64,000 nt of DNA from Armatimonadota bacterium (lineage in GTDB: Bacteria; Armatimonadota; Fimbriimonadia; Fimbriimonadales; GBS-DC). Below are positions 1 to 10,584 of this stretch, in pieces. The stretch lies in NCBI GenBank assembly GCA_037445735.1, contig JBBIJY010000001.1:133987-197986 (forward strand), given 5' to 3'. The position numbers and the translations under genes were made by a program. Within the stretch, counting starts at the first letter, position 1; the number at the start of each line of letters is the position of its first letter. Under the pieces are notes generated by a model. It did not search any database and was not told the origin of the DNA. It worked only from the letters and a program-made list of their open reading frames with translations.

Positions 1-876
1 GCCGGTGGGCGTGGGCACGCTCACCTCGCCGCCGAGCGCGGCAGTGAGATAGTCCACATCGACTTCGGTGTAGAGGTCGTTGCCCTGCCGTTCGAAGCGC
101 GGGTCGGGCGCGATTTTGATGCGCAGGTAGAGGTCGCCACGCTGTCCATCGCTGCCGGGGGCGCCTTCACCCTGCAGGCGCAACCGTTGCCCTTCGGCGA
201 CGCCCGGCGGCACCGTGACGGTCAGCTGGCGCGTGCGCTGGACGATGCCTCTGCCGCGGCACTGACCGCAGGGTGCACCGATGCGCCCGGTGCCGTTGCA
301 CTCATCGCAGGGCATCTCCACGCCGAGCAGGCTGAACCGTCGGCGTCCGCGCCCACCGCAGGCGGGGCAGCTCTGGCGATGCTCTGCGCTCTCGCCCGTG
401 CCACCACAGCGCGAGCAAAGCTCTTCTGTGTTCAGACGAATGGTGCGGGTTGTGCCCCGAATGGCTTCGTCGAGGCTGATTTCGAGCGTGTGTTCGATGT
501 CGCGGGGAGCGGTGCGCACGCCGAAGGTGGCGCCGCCACCACCGCGTAGCAGCTGTTCGATGAACTCGGCGAAGCTGGTGAAGGGCATCTCGGTGCCCCA
601 GGGCGCGCCGTCGAAGCCCTCGCCGTACTGCTCGCGCATGCGCTGATAGGCTTGCCACTGCTCGCCATAGCGGTCGTAGGCGGCGCGCTTTTCAGGGTCG
701 GACAGCACCTGATAGGCTTCGTTGATCTCCTTGAACTTCTCTTCGGCTTCTTTGTCGCCGGGGTTGACATCGGGGTGATACTGGCGTGCGAGTCGGCGAT
801 ACGCCGCCTTGATCTCCTTCTCGGTGGCGTTGCGCGGCACCCCAAGAATCGCATAATAATCTTTGAACCCTCGCAT
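1..876 (-). CDS. dnaJ: Chaperone DnaJ, class A (C-terminus runs off the window edge)
   Basis: Manual translation from ATG at 876: [13 protein letters not shown]...YHPDVNPGD (J domain, HPD); four CxxCxGxG repeats ([32 protein letters not shown]). Not in the ORF track because it has no stop in the window. Confidence 0.95.
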   Translation of the reverse strand, partial: MRGFKDYYAILGVPRNATEKEIKAAYRRLARQYHPDVNPGDKEAEEKFKEINEAYQVLSDPEKRAAYDRYGEQWQAYQRMREQYGEGFDGAPWGTEMPFTSFAEFIEQLLRGGGGATFGVRTAPRDIEHTLEISLDEAIRGTTRTIRLNTEELCSRCGGTGESAEHRQSCPACGGRGRRRFSLLGVEMPCDECNGTGRIGAPCGQCRGRGIVQRTRQLTVTVPPGVAEGQRLRLQGEGAPGSDGQRGDLYLRIKIAPDPRFERQGNDLYTEVDVDYLTAALGGEVSVPTPTG

Positions 877-907
877 CGCTCGTTCACCCCGATACGGGCT
901 GCTGTGG

Positions 908-950
908 CCCCCTCACCCCTGTACCCTCTCCCCCGCGCGGGGGAGAGGGT
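908..950. repeat. REP-like palindromic repeat (single hairpin)
   Basis: cccctcacccctgtaccctctcccccgcgcgggggagagggt, between dnaK and dnaJ; same core as copies at 3017, 36409 and 62573. Confidence 0.8.
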
Positions 951-955
951 CGCTT

Positions 956-2854
956 TTACGACTCGCGATACTCGGCGTCGATCACATCATCGCCGCTGGA
1001 GCGGGTGCTCCCGTCGGTGCTGCTGCCTGTGCCGCCCGACGGCTCCGCCGCGACGCGCTGATACATCTGCTCGGTGATTCGGTAGCTGAGCTGTTCCAGC
1101 TCGCTCATCAGCGACTGCACGCGCTCGTGGTCCTGCGTCTGAATGGCGCTGCGCAGGTCGCGGATAAGCGTTTCGGCGCGTTCGCGGTCGCCCGCTGCGA
1201 CCTTATCGCCGTGCTCGCGCAGGAGGCGCTCCACATCGTAGGTGAGTCGGTCAGCGCGGTTGAGCAGTTCGGCGCGTTCGCGCGCCTGGCGGTCGCGCTC
1301 GGCGTTCGCCTCCGCCTCTTTGATCATCCGCTCCACCTCCTCGCGCGAGAGGTTGGTGGAACCTGTGATGCGGATGCTCTGCTGGCGCCCCGTGCCGAGG
1401 TCCTTGGCGGTGACATTCAGGATGCCGTTGGCGTCGATGTCGAAGGTGACCTCGATCTGGGGCACGCCTGCAGGCGCAGGCGGGATGCCGTCCAGATGGA
1501 ACACGCCGAGCAGGCGGTTATCGCGCGCCATCGGTCGCTCGCCCTGATAGACGCGCACCTCCACGCTGGTCTGCCCGTCGGCAGCAGTGGTGAAGATTTC
1601 CGACTTGCGCGTCGGGATGGTGGTGTTGCGGGGCACCAGCACGGTGAAGATGCCGCCTTTGGTCTCGATACCGAGCGAGAGGGGCGTTACATCCAGCAGC
1701 ACGATATCTTTCACCTCGCCCGACAGCACGCCCGCCTGAATCGCGGCGCCAATAGCGACCACCTCGTCGGGGTTCACGCCCTTGTGCGGCTCCTTGCCTG
1801 TGATCTGGCGCACCATCTCCTGCACTCTGGGGATGCGCGTGGAGCCGCCCACCAGGATCACCTCGTCCACATCGGTCGGCTTCAGCCCCGCGTCCTCCAG
1901 CGCACGGAACATCGGACCCTTGAGGCGTTCAAACAGGTCGGCGCACAGCTCCTCGAACTTGGCGCGGGTGAGCGTCATATCGAGATGCTTCGGACCGCTG
2001 GCGTCCGCCGTGATGAACGGCAGGTTAATCGTGGTGGTGGTGACGCTGGAGAGCTCGATTTTGGCGCGTTCGGCGGCTTCCTTGAGGCGCTGCAGCGCTT
2101 GCCGATCCTGGCGCAGGTCGATCCCATGCTCGCGCTTGAACTCATCGGCAAGGTAATCGACGATGCGCTGGTCGAAGTCGTCGCCACCGAGGTGGGTGTC
2201 GCCCGCCGTTGCTTTCACCTCGAACACGCCGTCGCCGACCTCCAGAATCGACACATCGAAGGTGCCGCCGCCCAGATCGAACACCAGAATGGTCTCGTTG
2301 CTCTTTTTATCGAGTCCGTAGGCGAGCGCGGCGGCGGTCGGCTCGTTGATGATGCGCAGCACTTTCAGCCCCGCGATTTCGCCCGCGTTCTTGGTGGCGG
2401 TGCGCTGGGCGTCGTTGAAGTAGGCGGGCACGGTAATGACCGCTGCCGTCACTGGCTCGCCCAGATAGGCTTCGGCGTCCGCCTTGAGCTTTTGCAAAAT
2501 CATCGCCGAAATCTCTTCGGGGCGATAGGTTTTGTCCACCGCGGGGATGTAGACCGCCGCATCACCTTTGGAATCGGCGACCACCTTGTAGGGCACGCGC
2601 TTGCGCTCCTCCTCCACCTCGTCATAGCGCCGCCCCATAAAGCGCTTGATAGAGAAGATGGTATTTTCGGGGTTGACGATTGCCTGGCGCTTGGCAGGTG
2701 CGCCGATGAGTCGTTCACCCGTTTTGGTGAAGCCGACAACCGAGGGGCAGAGCCGTCCGCCCTCCGCCGTCGGAATGACCACCGGCTCGCCACCTTCCAG
2801 CACGGCAACCACCGAGTTCGTTGTGCCCAGATCAATACCCACAACTTTTGCCAT
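956..2854 (-). CDS. dnaK: Chaperone DnaK (Hsp70)
   Basis: [43 protein letters not shown] motifs; AGGGAG RBS upstream of ATG 2854. Confidence 0.98.
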   Translation of the reverse strand: MAKVVGIDLGTTNSVVAVLEGGEPVVIPTAEGGRLCPSVVGFTKTGERLIGAPAKRQAIVNPENTIFSIKRFMGRRYDEVEEERKRVPYKVVADSKGDAAVYIPAVDKTYRPEEISAMILQKLKADAEAYLGEPVTAAVITVPAYFNDAQRTATKNAGEIAGLKVLRIINEPTAAALAYGLDKKSNETILVFDLGGGTFDVSILEVGDGVFEVKATAGDTHLGGDDFDQRIVDYLADEFKREHGIDLRQDRQALQRLKEAAERAKIELSSVTTTTINLPFITADASGPKHLDMTLTRAKFEELCADLFERLKGPMFRALEDAGLKPTDVDEVILVGGSTRIPRVQEMVRQITGKEPHKGVNPDEVVAIGAAIQAGVLSGEVKDIVLLDVTPLSLGIETKGGIFTVLVPRNTTIPTRKSEIFTTAADGQTSVEVRVYQGERPMARDNRLLGVFHLDGIPPAPAGVPQIEVTFDIDANGILNVTAKDLGTGRQQSIRITGSTNLSREEVERMIKEAEANAERDRQARERAELLNRADRLTYDVERLLREHGDKVAAGDRERAETLIRDLRSAIQTQDHERVQSLMSELEQLSYRITEQMYQRVAAEPSGGTGSSTDGSTRSSGDDVIDAEYRES

Positions 2855-2933
2855 CGCTGTCTCCCTCCGTCTGTTATCTATTCTGGCTATACGGCAACTG
2901 CTGGTCAGCAGGTTCCCGTTTTTGAGTGGCTCC

Positions 2934-2965
2934 ATTATACCTGACTTGAGGGCACTATTGTCAAG
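2934..2965 (-). promoter_or_regulatory. dnaK sigma70-type promoter overlapped by a HAIR-like (HspR) inverted repeat
   Basis: Minus strand TTGACA (2964-2959), 19 nt, TATAAT (2939-2934); CTTGAGG-N7-TGTCAAG at 2945-2965 versus HAIR consensus CTTGAGT-N7-ACTCAAG. Confidence 0.6.
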
Positions 2966-2972
2966 AGGAAAG

Positions 2973-3090
2973 GTGGGTGTTCGAAAATTCGCGGGCATCA
3001 TATCCGTCTGTGTGAAGCCCCTCACCTGCACGCGGGGGCGAGGGGCTTCGTTTCTCCCTCTCCCCTCTGGGAGAGGGTCGGGTGAGGGGT
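2973..3090. mobile_element. Degenerate copy of the REP-containing MITE at 62516-62705
   Basis: tgttcgaaaattcgcgggcatcatatc...gtgaagcccctcacc...gggagagggtcgggtgagggg aligns by eye with the reverse complement of 62573-62705. Confidence 0.65.
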
Positions 3091-3149
3091 TGAGCTGGCG
3101 GAGTGGCTGGGCTACTCTTTGGTGCGCGCGTTGCCGATAATCTTTGCCG

Positions 3150-4814
3150 ATGGTTCGGCGATTCACCGATGTGCTGATCGAGGAGGGCATTCTGGACGCG
3201 CAACGGCTGGGCGAGCTGATAGCGTCCCGCACCGACCTGCAGGAGCCGATTGAAGATTATCTGGTGCGCATCGGCGCGATTGATGAGCGCACGCGCGCAC
3301 GGGCGTTGAGCCTGATGTACGGTGTGCCCCTGCTCGATTTCCAGACGCTCACTATTCAGCCCGAAGCAGTGGCGCTGGTGCCGCGCGAGGTCGCCCTGCG
3401 CTGCAAGGCGATGCCGATCGCCCTCAACGGCACGCAGCTGGTCGTCGCGATGGCGGACCCCGCCGATATTGTGGCGGTGGACGACCTGCGTGCCGCCACC
3501 GGGCGCGACATCACGATTGCTGTCGCCTCCCGACCCCAGATTCAGGACGCGCTCATGCGCTACTACGGGCTGGACGAGGATGTGCGCAGCGTCGTGCAGC
3601 GCATCCGCACCGCCGAAGAAGAGGACATCTCTGTCATCCGTCTGGTGGAAGCCGTCATCAACCGTGCGATTGCCGACCGCGCCAGTGACCTGCACATCGA
3701 GCCGCTGGAGAACCACACGCGCGTGCGCGAGCGAATCGATGGCGTGCTGCGCGAAACCTCCGAAATCCCCCAGGAGCTGCATGACGCCGTCGTCGCCCGA
3801 ATCAAAATCATGTCGAATCTCGACATCGCTGAGAAGCGTGTGCCGCAGGATGGGCGCATCGCCTATCGCATCGGCGGGCAAGCCTACGACCTGCGCGTCT
3901 CCACCTACCCCTCCATCTACGGCGAGAAAGTGGTGCTGCGTATCCTGGAGAAATCGACCGAGCGGTTCGATTTAGAGAAGCTGGGGCTCGATCCCCAGCA
4001 GAAAATACGCCTCAAACGCATCATCGAGCGTCCGTACGGCATGCTGATTGTGTGCGGTCCGACGGGTTCGGGCAAGACGACCACGCTCTATGCCGCGCTC
4101 AGCCATCTCAACACGCCCGAACGCAACATCATCACGATTGAAGACCCGGTGGAATATCAGTTGCCGGGCATCGTGCAGGCGAACATTAACCCGCGTGCGG
4201 GGCTGACCTTCGCCACCGGGTTGCGGGCGATCCTGCGTCAGGACCCCGATGTGGTGCTGGTGGGCGAGATTCGCGACCGGGAGACGGCGGTTATCGCGGT
4301 GGAAGCGGCGCTTACAGGGCACATGGTGTTCTCCACGCTGCACGCGAACGAGGCGGCGGGCGCGCCAGGGCGACTGATCGAGATGGGGGTGGAACCGTTC
4401 CTGCTGGCGTCCGCGCTGGTGGGCGTGCTGTCGCAGCGACTGGTGCGCCTGCTCTGTTCCGAGTGCCGCGAGCCGACCGAACCCGATGCGGAGCTGCTGG
4501 CCCGCCTGCGCCTGACGCCCGACATGCTGAAGGGCTGTACCGTGTACACCGCGCGCGGCTGCCATCGCTGCCAGTTCACCGGCTTTCGCGGGCGCAGCGC
4601 GATTATGGAGCTGATGGAGGTGGACGACGCCATCCGGCACGGCATCATGCACCATCAGCCGTCAGCGACCCTGCGCGAGGCTGCCATCCGCAACGGCATG
4701 GTGCCCCTCTATCAGGACGCCCTCCGCCTGGTCAAAGCGGGGCGCACCAGCCTCGAAGAGGTGCTGCGCGTGGTCGCCAACGATATCGACGAACCCATAC
4801 CCCAGGCGGCTTAG
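3150..4814 (+). CDS. Type IV pilus/T2SS assembly ATPase (PilB/GspE family)
   Basis: N-terminal domain of the GspE/PilB type, Walker [32 protein letters not shown], CxxC...CxxC. Confidence 0.93.
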   Translation: MVRRFTDVLIEEGILDAQRLGELIASRTDLQEPIEDYLVRIGAIDERTRARALSLMYGVPLLDFQTLTIQPEAVALVPREVALRCKAMPIALNGTQLVVAMADPADIVAVDDLRAATGRDITIAVASRPQIQDALMRYYGLDEDVRSVVQRIRTAEEEDISVIRLVEAVINRAIADRASDLHIEPLENHTRVRERIDGVLRETSEIPQELHDAVVARIKIMSNLDIAEKRVPQDGRIAYRIGGQAYDLRVSTYPSIYGEKVVLRILEKSTERFDLEKLGLDPQQKIRLKRIIERPYGMLIVCGPTGSGKTTTLYAALSHLNTPERNIITIEDPVEYQLPGIVQANINPRAGLTFATGLRAILRQDPDVVLVGEIRDRETAVIAVEAALTGHMVFSTLHANEAAGAPGRLIEMGVEPFLLASALVGVLSQRLVRLLCSECREPTEPDAELLARLRLTPDMLKGCTVYTARGCHRCQFTGFRGRSAIMELMEVDDAIRHGIMHHQPSATLREAAIRNGMVPLYQDALRLVKAGRTSLEEVLRVVANDIDEPIPQAA

Positions 4815-4823
4815 CGAATCGCC

Positions 4824-6032
4824 ATGCCCATCTATGAGTGTCGTATTCGCACCAGGAGTGGGGAGCCGCGCCAGCTGACACTGGAGGCGCCCAGCCTGCA
4901 GGTGGCGGTCGAACGCCTGCACCGCGAGGGGCATTTTGTGCTGGCGGTGCGCGAGCAGCAGCGTCCGACCGAGCGACGTGGGATCACCCTCTTCAAACGC
5001 GCACGGCTGGACGAGCTGGTCGCCTTCAGCCGCGAGTTCGCCGTGATGATCCGCGCGGGCGTGCCCATCATGGAAGCCCTGCAGACGCTGATTGAGCATA
5101 TGAAGCCGGGCGTGCTGCGCGAGGCGCTCATGAAGGTGCGCGATGAGGTGGAAGGCGGCATCCCCCTCTCCGAATCGATGCGCCGCCAGCCGCACGCCTT
5201 CCCCGACCTGTATGTGAACCTGGTTCAATCAGCAGAGGTGAGCGGTAGCCTCGAAACGGTGCTGAAACGCGCCGCCGACTACCTGAGCAACGCGCTCGCG
5301 CTCCAGCGGCGCGTCAAGTCCGCCATGATCTACCCCGCAGTGGTGCTGACCGCCACGCTGTTCGTGATGGCATATATGGTGGTGTTCATCATGCCGAAGT
5401 TCTCCGAGATGTTTCGGCAGATGAATGTGAATTTGCCGCTCACGACGCAGGCGATGGTGTGGCTGGGCGATCTGGGTCAGCGGCACAAGTTGCTCGTGCT
5501 GGCATCGCCGATTTTCGTTCTGGGCGGGCTGTGGGGCGCGTGGCAGGTGCCACGCATCCGCGAGCCGCTCAGCTACTGGATTGCCCGCATGCCGCTCGTG
5601 GGCGACCTGACACGCAAAGTGGTGCTGACCCGCACGCTGGCGGCATTACAGACGCTGATCAGCACGGGCGTCGCGTTGCCCCGCGCACTGGAGCTGTCCG
5701 CCGCCACTTCCGGCGACCACCGCATGCGCCGCGCGTTAGCCACCGTGCGTGCCGAAGTGGAAGCGGGCATCCCGCTCGCCGTCGCCATGCGTGAGACGGG
5801 CGCGTTCCCCAACCTGGTCATCCAGCTGGTGGCAGCAGGCGAGAAGACAGGTGCACTCCCCGAAATGCTGGGCGAAATCGTCGAGTTCTACGACGACGAG
5901 GTACAGCAGAAACTGAAGGGGCTGACCTCCACGCTGGAACCGCTGCTGATGCTCTTTCTGGGGCTGATTATCGGCATCTTCGCCTTCTCGGTCATCTCAC
6001 CCATCTACGACCTGATGGACACCATCAAGTAG
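4824..6032 (+). CDS. Type IV pilus/T2SS inner-membrane platform protein (PilC/GspF family)
   Basis: AGVPIMEAL, SAMIYP, AGEKTGAL, LEPLLM motifs; three TM segments; directly follows the ATPase. Confidence 0.92.
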   Translation: MPIYECRIRTRSGEPRQLTLEAPSLQVAVERLHREGHFVLAVREQQRPTERRGITLFKRARLDELVAFSREFAVMIRAGVPIMEALQTLIEHMKPGVLREALMKVRDEVEGGIPLSESMRRQPHAFPDLYVNLVQSAEVSGSLETVLKRAADYLSNALALQRRVKSAMIYPAVVLTATLFVMAYMVVFIMPKFSEMFRQMNVNLPLTTQAMVWLGDLGQRHKLLVLASPIFVLGGLWGAWQVPRIREPLSYWIARMPLVGDLTRKVVLTRTLAALQTLISTGVALPRALELSAATSGDHRMRRALATVRAEVEAGIPLAVAMRETGAFPNLVIQLVAAGEKTGALPEMLGEIVEFYDDEVQQKLKGLTSTLEPLLMLFLGLIIGIFAFSVISPIYDLMDTIK

Positions 6033-6717
6033 CGTCCCGCCAGATTCGCTCGAAGACCCACGCGGCGCCAGCGGACATCATCAGCGCGTAGCCCAGCACG
6101 CCCTGTAAGGCGCTCCACACGCTCTGATTGAGCAGGGCAGCCTTTGTGCCCGCAATCAGCATCAGCAGCAGCGGCAACAGCAGCGGGAAGGTCAGCACCG
6201 CCAGCAAGGCGCCCCGTACCGCCGTGCGCGCCACCAGCGCGCCACACAGGGTCAGCACGCTCACCAGGCAGAACCCGCCCAGCAGCCACAGCAGCAGGAT
6301 GCCCGGCAGGTTGCCCGCAGGCGGCGCAATCATGATGGCGTAAAGGGGCAGCAGCACGAGGCTGATAATCAGATAGAGCGTGGCGTGAAAGAGCCACTTG
6401 CCCCAGAAGACCGCGCTGGGGCGTGCGCCCACACGCAACAGGTCCGCCGTGCCCGTTTCCTCCTCGGTGATGAAGCCGCGCGCCAGCGCGGGGAACAGCC
6501 CGAACAGCAGCGCGAGCCAGAACAGACCCGCCTGAACCCCACTCTCCAGCCGCTCGCCCAGCACCGCGAAGCCGATGCCCACCACCGTCACGACGCCCAT
6601 CAGCAGCGAGGCGACTATCCCCTGACGCAGGCGCCACTCCTGAAGCAAATCTTTGCGCCAGATCGCCACGCTCTCATGCACCCATCGCCAGACAGAGGTC
6701 GCCCCAGCGCTCTCCAT
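6025..6717 (-). CDS. ccmB: Heme exporter permease CcmB-like
   Basis: WRKDLLQEWR, F..EEETGT.DLL, L.FPLLLPLL; six TM segments; follows ccmA; start uncertain. Confidence 0.8.
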   Translation of the reverse strand: MESAGATSVWRWVHESVAIWRKDLLQEWRLRQGIVASLLMGVVTVVGIGFAVLGERLESGVQAGLFWLALLFGLFPALARGFITEEETGTADLLRVGARPSAVFWGKWLFHATLYLIISLVLLPLYAIMIAPPAGNLPGILLLWLLGGFCLVSVLTLCGALVARTAVRGALLAVLTFPLLLPLLLMLIAGTKAALLNQSVWSALQGVLGYALMMSAGAAWVFERIWRDAT

Positions 6718-7285
6718 CCGCGCGATTGGTGGCGAAGACCGCGATTCCACGCGCTCGCTGTTCATCGAGTACCCGCTCAATTAGCCGCAGACCCGCTGCA
6801 TCGAGACCCGCGTCGGGTTCGTCCAGCAGCAGCAGTGGCGGCTCGCCCAGCGTCGCGATAGCCAGGCGCAGCCGCTGGCGCATGCCTGTCGAATAGGCAC
6901 GCACCCGCTCATGGGCACGCTCTGCCAGCTCGAACCGCTCCAGATGGGACAGCAGCTGCTCCCGCGTTGCAGAAAGACCCCGCACCGTCGCCCACCAGTG
7001 CAAATGCTCACAGGCGGTCAGCTCGCGATAGAGCGCACCGTCGGTAGCGCACCAGCCCAGCCAGCGCGTGCGCTCCGTTAGCACCCGACCACCATAGAGC
7101 AGCTCGATCTGACCCTCGGTGGGCGCCAGCAGCCCCGCAATCAGACGAATGAAGGTGGTTTTGCCCGAACCGTTCGCGCCACGCACGACCAGCACCGTGC
7201 CCTGCGCCACCGTCAGGCTCAGCCCGCGAAACACCCATCGCTCGCCGAACCGCTTGCCCACCGCCTGACAGCGCAACTCCCACAC
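6674..7285 (-). CDS. ccmA: Heme exporter ATP-binding subunit CcmA-like
   Basis: GANGSGKTT, YSTGMRQR, LLLLDEP; paired with ccmB. Confidence 0.82.
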   Translation of the reverse strand: MWELRCQAVGKRFGERWVFRGLSLTVAQGTVLVVRGANGSGKTTFIRLIAGLLAPTEGQIELLYGGRVLTERTRWLGWCATDGALYRELTACEHLHWWATVRGLSATREQLLSHLERFELAERAHERVRAYSTGMRQRLRLAIATLGEPPLLLLDEPDAGLDAAGLRLIERVLDEQRARGIAVFATNRADGERWGDLCLAMGA

Positions 7286-7379
7286 ACTTTAGCATACCTG
7301 CTCGTTGCCTATCCCAAAAGAAGGATTTTCGCTCCGTCTGGGGTATTATAAGGTCAGTCAACTGAATGAGGTGAATGGG

Positions 7380-7835
7380 ATGATACGACTGCTCGATTTT
7401 GGGGCGCGCACAGAGTACGCGATCCGCGCGCTGGCACAGTTAGCGCAGCGCGGCGAGGGCGCGATTGTTACCGTCAAGGAACTGGCGGAAGAGACGGGGA
7501 TCTCAGTCCACTTCCTCTACACGATATTTGACATGCTAACGCGGGCAGGACTGGTACAGTTGCATCGGGGTGCCCAGCGCGGCTTCTCACTGACCCGCCC
7601 TGCCGACCAGATCAGCTTCTACGACATCCTGCTGGCAATTGAGGGACCCATCGAGAAACACCACTGCCTGCTGGATCATCGGGCGCCGTGTCGGGCAGAT
7701 ACCCCATGCGCCGCGCACCACCTGTGGCAGAACCTGCGCGAGAGCGCAGAGCTGGCACTGCGTACCGTCACTCTCGACCGAATCGCTGCGCAAAACCCGC
7801 CCTGGCAGCGTCTGAAGGAGCTGGTTCACCCCTGA
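7380..7835 (+). CDS. Rrf2-family transcriptional regulator with three Cys (possible Fe-S ligands)
   Basis: TEYAIRAL, RG..GFSL.RP...IS..DI..AIEG, C-x7-C-x5-C..H.LW. Confidence 0.88.
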   Translation: MIRLLDFGARTEYAIRALAQLAQRGEGAIVTVKELAEETGISVHFLYTIFDMLTRAGLVQLHRGAQRGFSLTRPADQISFYDILLAIEGPIEKHHCLLDHRAPCRADTPCAAHHLWQNLRESAELALRTVTLDRIAAQNPPWQRLKELVHP

Positions 7836-8121
7836 AAAACGCTCCCTCCGGCACAAAAGTTGCTGCATGCTCTATCGGAAGCAGATGCCTTCATGAAAGG
7901 AGAAGGCTGGCTATCCAGAAAACCAGCGAAAGGGAGCGAAGCCGTTGTCTGGGGGTGATTCAGCCCCTGGGTGAAAGGGGTCTGGAGTGTGGTGATGGGC
8001 GGGGTGCGAATGCGCCCCGCCCTTCATGTTTAGCCGCCCGCACCGAAGTTGAACAACACAATCAGCCTTAACCTGCCCCGTCGTGCGCTCAATCACGAGG
8101 AAGCGGTTGGGATTATCGGGA

Positions 8122-9291
8122 TTATAGCCCATTTTTCGCGATGATGGTTGCGCTTTTGGCTTCGGCGATGGTGCGGCAGCCGATGAGACCGAGCGTCAGG
8201 TCGAGTTCGGCGAGGAAGTTGCGCAGATAGGTCTGCACGCCCTCCGCGCCGCCGATAGCCAGCGCCCACATCACGGGTCGCGACAGCAGCACCGCTTCCG
8301 CGCCGAGCGCAACCGCCTTCAGCACATCGGCACCGCGCCGAACGCCGCCATCGAACAGCACAGGGATGCGTCCCTCCACCGCCTTTGCCACCGTCGGCAG
8401 GGCATCCAGCGCGGCAATCGCGCCGTCCACCTGCCGCCCACCATGATTGGACACGATAATCCCATCCACACCGCGTCGCACCGCCTCCCGCGCATCGTCG
8501 GGATGCAGAATGCCCTTGAGCAGGATCGGCAGGCGCGTCTGCTGGCGCAAGAACCCGAGATCGTCCCATGTGAGCGCAGGGTTGCCGAAAATCTGCGCGA
8601 AGTGCAGCACTGCGCTGCCAGGGTCCTCCTCTGGCGGCTGGGCGAGTGCAGCGCGAAAGGCAGGATCGGTGAAGTAGTTCGCCAGCCCCTCACCGTGCAT
8701 AAAGGGCAGATAGGCATGGCTCAGGTCGCGGTCGCGCCACGCCAGCAGGTAAGTGTCCACCGTGACCACGATTGCCTGATAGCCTGCGGCTTCGGCGCGA
8801 CGCACGAAGCTCGCCGCCACATTCGGGTCACGGCTCCAGTAGAGCTGGAACCAGCGCGGGGCGTCACCTGCCACCTGCGCCACCTGCTCGATGGGATACG
8901 AAGAGACCGTACTCAAGATGAAGGGGATACCCAGCGCGGCAGCTGCCCGCGCGACCGCCAGCTCGCCGTCAGGATGGAGAATCTTCTGCACACCCACAGG
9001 AGCAATCAGCAGGGGCGCAGGGTAGCGAGCGCCGAACAACTCGATGCTCAAATCGCGCCGGGACACATCGCGCAGGAGGCGCGGCACCAGCCGATACCGC
9101 TCGAACGCTTCCCGATTCGCCCGCACCGTCGATTCGGAACCAGCCCCACCCGCCACATAGTCATACGCCTCTGGCTTCAGCACGGCGCGGGCAGCCTCCT
9201 CCAGCGCCTCCGGCGAGATCGGAAACGCCTCCCGCTGCCCCATCAGCCCCTTCTGAAATATCTCCAGCTGCCTCTGCATGCCATCTTGCAT
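8122..9291 (-). CDS. FMN-dependent alpha-hydroxy acid oxidase (lactate 2-monooxygenase-like)
   Basis: YVAGGAGSE, WFQLY, LKGIL, SNHGGRQ, FDGGVRRG. Confidence 0.92.
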   Translation of the reverse strand: MQDGMQRQLEIFQKGLMGQREAFPISPEALEEAARAVLKPEAYDYVAGGAGSESTVRANREAFERYRLVPRLLRDVSRRDLSIELFGARYPAPLLIAPVGVQKILHPDGELAVARAAAALGIPFILSTVSSYPIEQVAQVAGDAPRWFQLYWSRDPNVAASFVRRAEAAGYQAIVVTVDTYLLAWRDRDLSHAYLPFMHGEGLANYFTDPAFRAALAQPPEEDPGSAVLHFAQIFGNPALTWDDLGFLRQQTRLPILLKGILHPDDAREAVRRGVDGIIVSNHGGRQVDGAIAALDALPTVAKAVEGRIPVLFDGGVRRGADVLKAVALGAEAVLLSRPVMWALAIGGAEGVQTYLRNFLAELDLTLGLIGCRTIAEAKSATIIAKNGL

Positions 9292-9312
9292 ATATGGGTC
9301 ACCTCCGATTGT

Positions 9313-10584
9313 TCAAATGCGTTTCAGGACTATGTCATTTTGAGAAACAGCATAGCCCAAAGTGATTACGGGTTCAACCTGAACCTGCAGTGGATGCTCA
9401 TACGGGATCTGGAATCGATATTGTGAAGAATAGGTTAAGTGACGAGCTTTTCTAAATCCAATCACGACAGGGGTAATAATAAATGGATTTGCAACTCTTG
9501 TTATTTGTGATGTAACTAATTGTGCAATCCAATACGAGTATTTAGTTATTTGGCTAATTGAATTCTGATCAATTAAATCCTTTTTCAGCTCAATAACTAT
9601 TGCGCGACAGCGAGTGCCTTCTTCATTCTGTGTGAGAATCAAAATGTCTGATTTTTCTCCACCTATACCAAACAAAACCTGATTAGAAAACCATTCAATT
9701 ATTTCTTTTTTATTTAATTCCAATAAATGAAATAAAGTTTGTGAATTTTTTAATAATTTATACATCATCCAGAACTCTAAAATAGTTTCATATATTACTC
9801 TGCCATGACTATCATGTAAATACCCCTGAACGCATAGATTGCTGCGCTTAATAGGGTACTTTTGAGAAAAATCTAAATAAAATGAAATTGATTTTATATT
9901 GCTTAAAGATGGGAAACATGGCGCTGTACATGGCACTGGAACAAGTTCGTTTTGCTTTTGGTCCTGTACACGCTGTAATAAGCGCCGGAGTTTGGTTGTC
10001 TCTTCTGGAAGAATGGGATTAACGCTTCGTTCTCGCCCGGCTCCATAAATCTTCCTGAATATCAGGGTACTCAGGCGACCGTTGTCAGTTATATCAACAT
10101 ATGCAGTATTATCATCTAAATAATTTGAATAAATGTGAACCTGTTGAAGCTGAGATCTTAGAGGCAGAATATGACCTTGCAGATACTGCTTACAAGCTGC
10201 GCAGACAGGTTTCCCTTCACTAAGCGAGGACTTTGGACAGCCACACTGTGGACAGCGTGCGTGAATTACGCATCCATCACCATATAAATCATTTGATAAA
10301 TCTTCGTATGCGACTGTTTCGGTATCTGGTAAAGGTATTGCTTCCCATTCACCCATAAAACCGCGCTCATCGGGAGGTTCATCAATACGCCGCTTATAGA
10401 AAAAGACGCGAGTGCCTTTTCTAATATTTGCTAAGTCGACGAGTATACTATAAAATTCCTTAGTATAATAAACATTCCTTGATTTTCTGCTATAATCGGC
10501 AGGATACTTAACACCTGCTGTTAGTCTGGCAAGGTGTGCACCGATAGAATACTTATCCACAACCATCACCACAGCGTTTTCCAT
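9313..10584 (-). CDS. Putative restriction-type nuclease: EVE/PUA-like N-terminus, Zn ribbon, C-terminal PD-(D/E)XK
   Basis: AT-rich DNA; IRKGTRVFFY; CPQC-x13-CAAC; KSDILIL...IVIELKK; abuts a methyltransferase gene. Confidence 0.6.
   Translation of the reverse strand: MENAVVMVVDKYSIGAHLARLTAGVKYPADYSRKSRNVYYTKEFYSILVDLANIRKGTRVFFYKRRIDEPPDERGFMGEWEAIPLPDTETVAYEDLSNDLYGDGCVIHARCPQCGCPKSSLSEGKPVCAACKQYLQGHILPLRSQLQQVHIYSNYLDDNTAYVDITDNGRLSTLIFRKIYGAGRERSVNPILPEETTKLRRLLQRVQDQKQNELVPVPCTAPCFPSLSNIKSISFYLDFSQKYPIKRSNLCVQGYLHDSHGRVIYETILEFWMMYKLLKNSQTLFHLLELNKKEIIEWFSNQVLFGIGGEKSDILILTQNEEGTRCRAIVIELKKDLIDQNSISQITKYSYWIAQLVTSQITRVANPFIITPVVIGFRKARHLTYSSQYRFQIPYEHPLQVQVEPVITLGYAVSQNDIVLKRI

Noticed and set aside
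863-2944. 693-aa plus-strand ORF
   Set aside because: Antisense shadow of dnaK, a well-known artefact of GC-rich codon usage
2870-2990. CIRCE element before dnaK
   Set aside because: No TTAGCACTC-N9-GAGTGCTAA match seen; the HAIR-like repeat fits better
2855-3232. 126-aa N-terminal extension of DnaK in the ORF track
   Set aside because: Runs through the promoter and a repeat; the true start is ATG 2854 with an RBS
7911-8132. 73-aa ORF overlapping the oxidase stop
   Set aside because: No recognisable motif; may be a gene remnant but cannot be supported
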